A stretch of 56,573 bases of DNA from Chromera velia (lineage: Eukaryota): assembly GCA_018398765.1 (NCBI GenBank), contig JAHBMJ010000181.1:1-56573 (forward strand). The letters run 5' to 3'. Of this stretch, positions 26,099 to 37,989 are shown piece after piece. The number at the start of each line of letters is the position of its first letter. The stretch's first letter is position 1. A program made the translations under genes and the position numbers. Below the pieces are notes generated by a model. That model did no database searches. It worked only from the letters and a program-made list of their open reading frames with translations, and was not told the origin of the DNA.

Positions 26099-29000
26099 TT
26101 TTTTTTTTTTTATTTAATTGTGGTTAAGCCTAGAGTCTCTGAAACCAGAGATAAATGGCAACCCATGCATGCAGTTGTAAACAAAAGGAGCAGACCGCCG
26201 CAGCTTAGCCTGCTTCCGCATAAATATGAACAACCACGACCCTCCGCAGCCTAGGCTGAAGCTAAAGGCTAAACAACCATACAAGATGGGCATGCACTCA
26301 TTTCAGACAAGCTTCGATCAGTGCACTTGACGCGCGTGCACTCATTTCAGACAAGCTTCGATCAGTGCACTTGCCTTCTTCGGCTCCCGGTCCACAATGA
26401 ATGAAACGAGCTCTTTTACATATGTCCCTTCTTCCCCGATACCTCTTCCCCCAGCTGCAGCAGTCCATCTTGCTCTACAGACCCTTTCACCAATTCCTGT
26501 TCTCTCTTTCACTCTCCCTGCCAGCGAATGAAGTTTGGATCTAAGCTGCTCTGTTTGCACGCACGCAGACAATCGATGCACCGCATCGTCGATCACCTTT
26601 TTACCTTCGACTGCAGGACAGTGAATATAGTGTTCTTCGCAGGATCCACCGTGTTTCTTTCCCCCACCAGCACATGCTCGAAGGAGAAAAGTGAAAAGAG
26701 AACCACCAGACAAGAGAGAGCGAGGCAGAGTACGCAATTGAACTGTGTAACCCCACCCCCTTCTAACCCTCCCCCCTAAAAGCAACATGGCCAGACGCTG
26801 GTGTGATCGGTTTTCTATCTGAAAATTACTCAGTCGGAAGTTGCGTAGATAGATGCCACATGAACGGGTGAGTCTATGCTCGCTGACGGGGGAAGTCAAC
26901 CATTCTGACAACCATTTTGAGGCTTCCCTTTCCCTCGCTTTCTGCCTGAATGTCCATTTATTCGTTCTGTTTCTCCCTCTCTAGATTTCTTTTCTCAAAA
27001 GATCTGGTGCGATTGTCTGAAGCATGCTACTGGCTGAATTGGCCCACACCGGGGTCAGCGATCTGTGCCATACATCCCAGACTGCCCGAGGAACCTCCCT
27101 TTCTTTTCTCTTTATGCTTTTTATGAAACCTCCCAACCGACAAGAAAGGATCTCTCTCATGGGACGCACCCCAACCGAAACCAAAGTTAGCACTTTGAAA
27201 GAGTTATAGGGTAAACGGAATGTCTAGCGCATAAATCGAAGCTGCAATGCATCAAGTGTAACGATATCTCTCTGACTTACCGGCAAGGCTTCCAGTGAGT
27301 ACGTTGCCACCGGCTCCCAGAGTGCCTGCAGTAAACGAACTTTGCATCGGGGGGGCAAAGGACCTAAGGATGAACAAGTGCCCATCACTGCCCCCAAACA
27401 GCGTTCAGCACTTTCAAGTCGGTCCCTGACTAACTTTCGTGGGTCCCCTCCCTCAAACACACGACACCCAAGGTATTTATAGCTCTCTACACGTTCAACT
27501 GTCTTCCTTTCAAAAGTCACTTCCCATTCTATTTCCCTTCTTGAGCCTGAGAGTGCGAGAACTTTTGTTTTCTTTAAATTCACTTTCAACCCATGTTCCT
27601 GACAATAAGAGGCCAAACGGTCCAAACGCCACTGCAGGTCAGAAGAAGAGTGAGCAAAAATAACAAGATCGTCTGCGTAACCTATGCTCTCAAGCAGTAA
27701 GTCCGCCAATCTTACCTCCTCAGGGATACGGGGTCGCTGCTCCGTTGTTTCACTCTCCTCCCTCCTCTCTCCGCATTCTCCCCCCCTCTGTCTTTCATCC
27801 GTATCTAATTCCCCATCTAAGCCATTAACAGCTTCTCTCCCTTCAACACTCAGAGCAGAATGAATATTATTAATAAACAAAAGAAAAAGAAGAGGAGAAA
27901 GTGGATCTCCCTGTTTTACCCCTGCACTTTCGGGAAAGACCCAATCCGACCCATCCACCCTTCCCCACACATTCATATACATAGAATGAATCATGCACAC
28001 GTCCTTCTTACTGATTCCTTCCTCTCTAAGTTTGTCAATCATTTTCTTTCTGGGTACTCGGTCAAATGCCTTACTGAAGTCAACAAACGCTGCAAGGAGG
28101 GGTCTGTGTCTCTTCTTTACTGAAGCCGTGAGAGCATGAAGAGCAGCTATCGCTTCCCTTGTACTGACCCCCTTCCTGAAACCCACATGTTGTTCATCTA
28201 TATTCGTTGTGTCCCTTAACCGGCCATCCATCAACAACGTGAACAACTTTGCCAGAAGGCAAACGATGTGTATGGGCCTCCATTCGTCACAAGAGGGAGA
28301 GACGTGACCTTTTGGAACAGGAGCGATTCGAATGAAGTTCCACTTTTCTGGCCAGAAAGAAAAAAGGAAAAAAAGATTGAAGAAAATGAAAAGAAGAAAA
28401 CGAGACAGACGAGAAGAGGAAAAACATAAATGTACCTGCGCAGGGGAGATTCCTTCAAGGCCGGCTACCTTCTTTGGGTCGATTGCCTTCAGTATCTTCT
28501 CACATTTATCGAAAGAGAAGAAAGGTGCCGGGGGGGGAGCTGGTGTTTCATCCTTCTTTTGAGGCTCCAGTCCATCCCCACTGAACACATCGGCCCAAAA
28601 ATTTGAAAACGAAAAGGCGGACAGCTTTTCTCCCTCACTCCCACTCTCTGCCTTTTTTCTCTCCCTCCTCCATTTCCATAGGGCTGCTGGGTCCTTAGCA
28701 GCTTCTTCCGCGAGTTTCTCTGCCTGAAGAATGGCATACTTTCTCTTTTTTCTTACTATCAACTTCCCTCTCTCTCTATTTAACCTGTTCATCTTTCTCT
28801 TTGCTGTGATGCACCGCTCGTCTTCGTCCCCCCAGAGTTCCCTTTCTTCCTTCCATTCCCTTTCTGCAGATCTAACTCTCTTCTGAATCTCCCTGTATTC
28901 TTGATCTCTCCAAGGTGCGACAGCCTTTTCCTTCTTTTTACTTTTCCTCGGATGAGTTGGCTTTCGTTTTTTCTCCTTGGGTTGGGCGAGTACATGCTCC

Positions 29001-30530
29001 CACTGTTAGGTGAGTCTGGCTATTTGGCTTCTCGGTGGCACAGAGATAGAACAAGTGGAAGACGGAAAGGCAGAAGGTGGTATCTGAGTATCGGGGTAGA
29101 AAGAAGGGACGGACATAAGGGGAGGGGGGAAGAGGGGAGGAGGAGGAGGCGAAGGTATGGATGGAATAGGCTTGCCTTCTTTTTTCGATTCTTGAATCCC
29201 GGCGTCCCACAACCTAGGCCAAAGCTTCCCTGCTAGATCTTTTACCGAAGTTGCCAAAGGCATCATCTCATCATTGGTGACCGGCGTTTGCCTTCCTGGC
29301 TTCGTGAAAGAAGGGGATGGGACAAGGGAAGGGTGAGACGGCGAGTTGTCATTCGGTTTTGGCGGAGATGAGAGGTTGAGAGATAGAGAAACGGCCGCAT
29401 GTTCGGGGGCCGCGTCAGGCTGTAGCTCAACCCCAAAAGAATTTCACAAACCAAGAAGGGGAGGATCAACCAAAAACAAATCAATGATCGTAGCTGGGGC
29501 ACCCCCTTCATAATAAGTGAAAGCCCCTGTGAAGTCGACTTCAATCCTTTTCTTTTCATCTTTCCAAGACAGGCCATTCAAGGGAAGGAGGTTTGCTTTC
29601 TCACAAAAGTGAATGACAGCTCTTCCTGGTTCGTTTACGATTGAATGACAGTCAGAGCAGCGAGACAGTCCCTCGATTGCTTCTTCCCCCTTGCCCCCCA
29701 AGATCTCTTGTAAGTCACCCACCCCCCCGATCTGTTCCCTTTTCCATGAAATTCCTTTAGGGACCTCCTTTCCTATGTGGCAATTGAAGTCTCCTGCCAA
29801 AATGCGAAGGTCACATAGCGGAACATCACAGACTGCATTGAGAAGCATCTCTCTCTCTACCTCTTTCGGTTCATTGTTTCTTAGTCTCTTCTCTGCCCCC
29901 GATTGGAGGAGATAAACACCGAAAATATGCAGAAATGCATTCGTCCCCCTCCTTCCTGGGCCGGCAAGCAGCTCTTCAGTGTCAGTTTGACCATACTGGG
30001 CCCCACCAGCTCCCAAAAAGGCTTCAAACTAGCGACCAAGCATGATCGGACAAGGATACACACCCCCCCTGTTTTTACTTCCCTGTCCTTTGCTCTTTTG
30101 TGTACCCCCAGCTTTCTTCTGTACTATTCTTGATGACTGAAGTTTTGTTCTGTGTGGGTGGGTGTGTTGATTGAAGTGGTTGTATACTTCGTTTCAGTCA
30201 GGATTGCAACATCGATCCCTTCTAACCACCGGTCAAGCAATTCATTCCCGAGATAAGAATCAAGACCCCCGACATTCAGCGTGGCAATAGACAGCCTTCT
30301 TCCATTCACTGTCACGTTTCGCACACCGGTTGCAGAGGAAGAAGATGAAGAAGAAGAAGAGAAAGAAAAAGAAGAAGAGGGAAAAGGTTCATTCTTGGAG
30401 AAAATAGAAGGAGGAGACGGTTTGAGAACCCAGTCTGGAATTGATGTGAAAGCAGAGGGGCGGGAAGAGGAAGATGAAGAGGAGGAGGAAGAGGAGGAGG
30501 AAGAAGAAGAAGAAGAAGAAGAAAAAGAAA

Positions 30531-30561
<31 letters not shown>

Positions 30562-32545
30562 AGAAGAAGAAGAGGAGGAGGAAGAGGAGGAGGGAAAAGA
30601 AGACTGACATGATGAAGGGGTAGGGTGAGGTGCCTTTTTGAGGCCAGTGATCGGCTTTCGTCTTTTGCCAGCCCAGAAAGCGGCTCTCATCGATTGAGGC
30701 ACAAGTGAGGCCGAGACCCATGCAGTCCTTTCCCATTCTTCCCGTCTGATTTCGTATTCTCTCTTTCTTCCATTTCCTCCCCTGATAGACACAATTTCCA
30801 CAATGCGAGTCATGGAGGGGGGAGCTTCGCTTCCCGCCTCGTCAGTGGCGCTGCTCTCCTCTTCTGTCTTCTCTTCTTTACAAAAGAAACCCCCGCACCC
30901 CCCCACTCCCAGTACTCCCCCACATACATCACAGATGGGAAGACGAAAGATAGAGATAGAGGAAGCATGACCATACACATATACATCTTCCTCTTCACTT
31001 TCTGTCTGTCTGGCTGTCTGTTTAGGTGGCTTCCTATTGCTCTCCTCTCTTTCTATTTCTGCTTGCTGTATGTCTGTCTGTCTATCTACCTGCCTTAGAG
31101 GTCTGCCTCTTCGTCTCCTCCTTCCTGGGTCTGTAGGCTGCCTGTCAGTCTGTCTGCCTGCCTGTCCTAAGAGTCTTTTTCCATGTCTGTTTCTTTCTGG
31201 TTCCACTGGCTGTCTGTCGGTCTGTCTATCCGCCTGTCTTGGAGGTTTTCCTCTTTGTCTGTTTCTCTCTGGTTCTTCTGGCTGTCTGTCTATCTGCCTA
31301 TCTGCAGGAGAGGGAGAAGAGAAGGGTGAAGAAGAAGAAGAAGAAGAAGAAGAAGAAGAGAGACGNCCCCCATTTTTTTCCTCCCCTTCACTGCTTTGTC
31401 CTTCGTCATCCCTCTTTTTCTCTCCCTGACCCCCTCTATCTCTTCTTCTCTTGCTGTCATTCCTGTTTGTCTGCTTCCCTTGGGTTTTGACATTCATAAC
31501 CCCCCTAGGCCTGCTCTCTCCGTCTCCACACACTCTAATTGGGGGGATAATGGAAAAAACCAGGGGAGAGTCAACAGTATTGGTGTCCGCCGGCCCTCTC
31601 TGAAAGCAAAATGGACCTGTGTTCTCACTGCCTTTCCTGCCCTTTCTATCCTTCCTATTTGATCCTGTCTGAATCTCCCTGTCAGACACTGTCTCTCTCT
31701 TATCACCTGTCTTGCACCTCTCTAGTAATATCTCTTCCTTTACCCTCTCTCTATCCTCCCTTGCCTCTCTGTTTCTCCATTCCCTATCACTGCACACCGT
31801 CTGTCTGCCTCTGTCTGTCTTCATGCTATCTGAGGACTCGACCTCCATTCTCAGTCCCCTACACCTTTCTCCTTCTTTTCTGCCTCCAGCCGCGCACTTT
31901 GCTGTCTCCTTTCCTTGTCATTCTTGCATTCCTTTTCTTTTCTCTTCCCGGTGTAAAGCAAGCCTCACTAACTCTTCCATTGGCGTGCTAGAGGTGAAAC
32001 TTTGCTGTCTATCTCTATTGTCTAGGTCCGAGAGCTGCGAGGGAACGTCAACAGGTCGAGCAGGATGCGACGAAAAGGGGGGAGTGCTTTCAGACAAAGA
32101 GTCATCCGTTAGGCACACAAAACGGTTACTACCCGAGGAAACAGTGGAGCCAGTTTCTGACAGAGGATGAAGAGTGGGTCTTAGAAAACGGGGAGGGCAA
32201 GTTTTTGCAGGCACTAGAAAAGGCTCATCGAAATGTGTGCATTCGAACAAAAGCAATGCCTCATCAACAGGGAGGAAAGGCAAGAGAGAAGAAGAAGAAG
32301 AAGAAGAAGAAGAAGAGGGAGAAAGAAAAGAAAGAGAAACAGAAGACGAGTCAGGAGGGCTTACTGTTAACAAGCGGTCATCATTTACCAAGAGTCGCCC
32401 CATCTTTTTGCTGGAACCCCCCACTACCCCCAGTCCCTCCCCCTGTGTTCCCCCATTTCCCTCCCAGGACGTAGCCTCTGTGCCCCTCCGTAGGCGCTCC
32501 CGTGATATTCAACCTGTGCGGGTCCGCTGCAGGGAAAATAACTAG
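26099..32545 (-). mobile_element. Near full-length decayed APE-RT non-LTR retrotransposon, apparently a single long ORF
   Basis: APE motifs ATLNVGGL, DVAILTETK, ILAGDFNCHIG and TIIDLFLV (29.4-30.3 kb). RT motifs WRPI, GFRKG, FVDFSKAFDRV, GVKQGDPLSPLLF, YADD and YKYLG (27224-28792). Poly(A) appears as a T run at 26099-26111. Several stops and frameshifts; 5' end approximate. Confidence 0.92.
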
Positions 32546-32673
32546 AAACGTGTATTTCTTATCATCTGTTTGTGTTGATGATACAGTTTTGATGTGTATG
32601 ACCTAGTCAACATTATCATCATCATCATCATCAGGTGCATGACATAGCTATATGTCAAGACATTGTCCTCTTA

Positions 32674-33488
32674 CCTTGCAGGTGACTAGGATTTTAGGCT
32701 AGGATTTAAAGGGATTTCAGTAGATTTTAGCTAGGTTTTTCCTAAACTTTATAAGACTTTAATTGACTAGGAATCTGGCGGACCATGTCATGCATTATAA
32801 ACAATTTAGGCTGCTAGTTAGGCTGTATAATTAAAATTAATTAAATATAATGATCACTTTTCTCGGAAGTTGATTGCTAGTTTGATTGATTTTGATTATG
32901 AAAGCAAACCATACACTTCCTTTCTGTCAATGGAGTCCCTCTGCCTCCTTTTGTTGAGAACTTCCCCCTGTTTACCTCCAAGTTTCTCTTTCCTACCCGA
33001 AATATAGCCCTTCTTCTGTGAACAGGCCAGGGAGCTATCTTTGTGTAGCAGACGGGAGTCTAGACGGGAGTTCTCCCTATCTTATCTCTATCTAATAAAA
33101 TGCTTCTGTCTGTATCTTCTCCATTCTTGCTGTTGTAAAGCCACAGATTTAGGCGATTTTCGTTGGATAGAGATGCATGGATAGGATGCATGACGCCTTT
33201 TCTCTTCTCTTCCCTCTCGGCCCTTCCTCTTTTCTGCACTGACCTCTCAACTCTCTTTGCAAATGCTTCCCTTTTCCTCTTTCTAATTTCTTCATTTTTC
33301 AGCGCTTTTATCTACCTTACTATTCTGTCTCTTCTGAGACTCTCAAAGGAAGGTTGTCTGCCTGCAGCTTCAGACGGCTTCAGGTTTTCTTCCTATCTGG
33401 AAGGGATGGCTTCTTGTCTGTCTGAAAAGTGTTTTGACACATTTCTTCAAATTCCCATAATCACGATATAATCTGATTCACCAAATAT
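32674..33488 (-). mobile_element. Relic DNA transposon related to the 4951-5515 MITE; continues at about 45608-45930 beyond the LTR insertion
   Basis: End CCTTGCAGGTGACTAGGATTTTA resembles the MITE TIR, and both carry AGGAAGTGTAT internally. A decayed minus-strand frame reads through the reconstructed empty site (...SPFGYALNI|FGESDYIVIMG). Confidence 0.55.
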
Positions 33489-33938
33489 TGTAACAACTTC
33501 CTGCTGCCTTGGAGGTAGCGGCAGGAAAGACGGAGAGCTAGACTAGAGACGAGGCCCAGACAGAGAGATGGATCTACAAACTCTACCGACTCTAGCTCAG
33601 TCTGAAGATCTCAATCAGCTAAAGAATAGGATATGGATAGATCCTTAGCCATTTATAGAGTCCAGAGGATTTATAGTTCGAAGTTGAACTTAAACTTCTG
33701 CTAGCGCTGCTGAAAGAAGACAAACTCACGACCGGACGACCGGACAAATGGAACGAACGATTTCAGTGAGACGGCTGAGGGCGGATTAAATATGACTGGT
33801 CTCCGCACGAACGCAAAGATAAGCTTTCCAGGGCCAGGCAGACAGAACGTGGCGGCAGGCGATCGAAGCAAAGGCGGCGTGCACGCGAGAAGGACCAAAC
33901 GGCGGCGGCGGGACGGCGCCAGGAGGTAGGACACTACA
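33489..33938 (-). repeat. 3' LTR
   Basis: Plus strand reads TGTAACAACTTCC...GGACACTACA, with the PPT adjacent. Confidence 0.85.
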
Positions 33939-34139
33939 TATCCCCCCCTCTTACCAGCAAAGAAATCGCGCCCTCACGATAACTCACACCCAATCGAGCA
34001 TGCGCGTGGACAGACTGAAATCACAGCATAAAAAACAGACACCAGAGTTAGTCAAACAAACGCAGTAAGCCTGTCGCTTTCTTTTCTCCACAACTCTTTT
34101 TGTTTTTTCTTTCTTTCATTCTCTTTCTGCGGGTGCCAG

Positions 34140-35090
34140 ATCGTGAGATCAGCTGTCAACAGAGATTCGATGCAACCTTCTACTTTCCAAGACCGGACCA
34201 GGTACTTTACTTTGGAACCTTTAAGTGGCTCCAGGCTTTTCCCATCAGATACGCTACTACCAAAGCACCAGGCTTCATTCGTTTTGTATCGCCAGTCAAG
34301 GTCGGACAGGTGGCTACGGTCCCTGTCAACCCCTCATTCATGTCTCTTTCTCTTCTTTTTTTCTTCCACTCTCTTTTCTTAAAGGCTCTAAAGACACAGG
34401 CAACCGTCAACATGAATATTAAGTGGACACAAACGCAGAAAGAAGACGTACCTCGTCTGCTTTCTCTCTTTCTCTTTACTCCTCGTTGCTGACAGGAGAC
34501 TGACATGCCCTGGGCTCTCATATAAACTAAGGAAAGACAGGGACAAAAGAGGAAGTTTTCTTCTATTTTCTTTTTTATTCTTTTATTCCTCCCACCTCTG
34601 CTCTCCTTTTCAACTACTGTGCGCCCTCACTCTCAGGGAGGAGTACTGTGGATTTCTGGTACAAACGGTGGTAGCAAGTCAGGGAAAGACAGATGGAAAG
34701 ATGCCAAGAGAAAAGGGTGGACAAAGAATAGATTCATTTCTTCTTGTACCTTCTCCCTCTTAGATGTACTTAATCCCACATCTCCCCACATTTACATACA
34801 TGCCACAAGGGGAGGAAAAAGGCATCAAACACGCCAGCGCTGGAGAAAGACGCACACATACGAGCATAGGGAAGCAAACATAGAAGACAGCAACATAATT
34901 GCACCACCGTCTCCACAAGTCGCCTCCAGATGAACAGTGTGCTGTGCCTGCTGCCAGGGGGAGAGAGGCGATACCGCCAGACCTAGAAGGATCCGGAGCA
35001 TTGCAATTCCCCCTGCAGTGGCAGACACAAAAGGAGAGAAGACACAAGCGATGCACAGGCTGTTCCTTCAGGCCGACTTCCTCTCTTCCA
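34140..35090 (+). pseudogene. Possible intron-containing gene relic inside the LTR element, antisense to it
   Basis: Polypyrimidine-AG acceptors near 34139, 34495, 34636 and 34763 precede protein-like segments (QRFDATFYFPRPDQVLYFGTFKWLQAFPIRY; ETDMPWALI*; STVDFWYKRW*QVRERQMERCQEK). Confidence 0.35.
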
Positions 35091-35503
35091 TTCTGCTTTG
35101 CAAATGTCTGTCTTGACAGGCGTCTCCTTTTCTCACTCACACCTCCTCATTTTCTTTCTCTTCCTCTCTTCTTCGCTTGGTCTCTCTTTCTTTCTTCTTC
35201 TTACAGAGAAACGAAACATCTGACCCAGAAGGATTCACTCGCGCGTCGACTGGACACTCTTTCACCAAAGAGATTAGAGAGAGAAGGCAAGGGCGTAAAT
35301 GCAAGGGACGAAACGAGAAGAGAGATCGATCCTCAGAGGGAACCACCAGCAACTCCAAGCATACTCAGGCAGTGCTCGACTTGTTCTTCTTTAAGTTACA
35401 GTTTTCCTCATTGCTGCTTTGCTTCACAAAGAGCTCAATTGGTTGTTCTCCCCCCCAAGTCCAGGGCGGGAGCGTGAGAGCTGCAGTCGCGGGCATACGC
35501 AGA

Positions 35504-36047
35504 CGATAAGGGTCTAAAATTGCTATCACAACACCCTATGAAGGGGCGTTGTCGGCTTTGCGTCTATATAGTGTTTTGGGGGGGAGGCGTCGGCCTCCGG
35601 CCAACGGCTATATACAACGCCTCTGCAGAGGCATAGCAGGTTATAGGTAAACGTTGGGAGAACGTTTTCCATGGCAATGGACGAGCGTTCAAAAGTTATT
35701 TCATTCAGACATGTAATATGCTGATAAGGACTTTCTTCCATCTTCTTTCATAACAGATAAGAATGAATGAATTATGTTTGATTTTGATCTAATGACTAGA
35801 TTTTGATATATTAAAGGGTATAGGCTGATACATATTCGTGAGTTTAGCTCAATTTTTTGTCAATGAAGGATAATGAAGAGGACCCCCCGGTGTAGCCTAT
35901 CTAAGATCTTATACATACAACACAACACCCTAAGGGCATTGCCCCTTAGGCAAAACGCCTTTATATACAACGCTCTCAAGGCGTAGCCCCTCGGCACGTC
36001 TCTATATACTACACCACCCCCCCCTCCCCGTATCTAGACCCTTGTCG
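35504..36047. mobile_element. MITE with 13-bp TIR and 4-bp TSD (CAGA)
   Basis: CAGA|CGATAAGGGTCTA ... TAGACCCTTGTCG|CAGA, with subterminal TATACAAC/ACAACACCCT repeats. Confidence 0.75.
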
Positions 36048-37989
36048 CAGATATAAGTGCATGGTGGCAGCATTAGGCAGTCCTCTCCCTGTCTTGCATG
36101 TAAATTACGTTGGGGTAGGCGATTGACTTCGGGTTCTTGTCTCGACAAAGGGACTCGGTGGTCTCAGCAGGCATAAGCACACCTCGCGCATGTCAGTAGC
36201 TGCATAGAGGGAGGGAGGGAAGGGAATACCAGACGCTGCACACTGCTCGACTACGCACCCACAGGCATACGCTTACATACCATCGGCCACCATCGGCTAC
36301 TAAGTGAGAACAGGCACATTCACTCACAAACATCTCATAAACATACATTTCCTTTTGCCAGGTAAGACCAGAGGACCGCCTGCGGGCATTCACCTTCCAC
36401 ACGGCTCATCATCCTCTGAGACTCTTAGTAGGGACCGCCTGTGGGCATTCATCTTTCGCAAAGCTCGTCGCCCCCCCGTCACTCTCAACTTGACAGCGGG
36501 CATTCACCTTCTGCATGCTAACCCCTTCCTTACTCCCCTTTCCTTTACTACTCTTAGCTGAGTGGCTCAGCCAAGTGGGCTTACTGCATTGCAGGTCAAT
36601 GCTCTAGCAGAAAGACCTTTCCCCAAGCAGACGCACCAGCACCGCACCGTGCTATGCTGCCGACCCCAATCCTCTTTCTCTCGCTTTATCTATCCTCGTC
36701 TCATACATGTTTTCTTCTCATGCATATGCATTTTCATGCCCGGCTTCACTTCTTATATTAGCTCCTATGGCCTACCGGTCCTCTGCCGTGCGGTATACCA
36801 CCCCCCTGCTAGAGTCTCTCCCCTCCCCTACAGCTAAGCATCCATCACAAACACTCTTTCACATTGGCAGGCACATTCACGTGTACGCAAGACCTCTCTT
36901 CACAACAAAACACAGTGGACCATCTTCCCACTCACACACAGTCATGAGCTTCACTCGCACTATTGATCTCAAAACAAATCAGATTAACGTCTTCCTGCTG
37001 CCCGATCTACCAAAGTTACTGGATGACCAGTCTAACGAGCGAAAGCACATGGTTGGCGTTTGGCAATGCAAGCTATATGGGCTGGTCAGACCCGAGCACA
37101 CAAGCAAGCAACCATAACAAGGCAAGCGAAGGGGATCAGTCTCCTCTCGCACTGAAGACAAAGAATAAAATAGCTAGTCAACACACATAAAGAAGGAAAC
37201 CAACTACCCATTTTTCTCCAGTTTGCTTGTAGTTGGCAAGGCTAATGGTCTCTGAGTCCCTGTCTAGTCTTCGTGGAAAGGAACTGTCTCGCATGCCGAG
37301 GGGGAGTAGGGTGCTTTTTGTCCCCCCCTCTGTATAGGAGACCGGCGCTTAAAGTTTTCCACAAAAAACTCGTTCTCATAATTGGTAAGGAGTTCGAAGC
37401 TGAAACTTTGTGTAAAAAGACATTGTAACGATAAAAAAAGAACCATGAAACAGATTTTTTATATTATTTCTAGAAATATAGGCTGCCATACAAATTTTAT
37501 GAGTTTCATACCATTTTTCTTACTATTGAAAACTGTAATGGAGATTCTAGGAAATTGAAAGTCTCTTCCAACAGCTGAGATCCTATGTTGTCTGTGCACA
37601 AATGTATCGGTAGGAGCACACGGTCAATCTACCATAATCCAGTACAATCCAACAGGCTGCTGTCTGATTCAATTGGAATTTATCGAATACATGCTAATTA
37701 CACGACATACAAAAAACGCATGCATGCGAAAAACCATCGGAGACTAACGCTTCGCATACACGCCGAGCTAAACATTAATAGCTCAAAATCAGCATGCTAA
37801 TTAATCGCAGTATTACGTCGATCCTTGCAAGCCGATAGATAGATCATAGACATGATTAGAGAACACACGTAGTGTTCCGCACGCGACGCCCCTCCGTATC
37901 TATACCGCTGTCTTTTGTCTATCGCTGACGGTTCTTAGGTGCACTTGCGGAAGCAAACGACAACAAAAGGCCGTAACGTTGAAAATCAG

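Noticed and set aside
32530..32640. HDV-like ribozyme at the LINE 5' end
   Set aside because: I could not build the nested double pseudoknot by eye, and the 5' boundary is itself uncertain.
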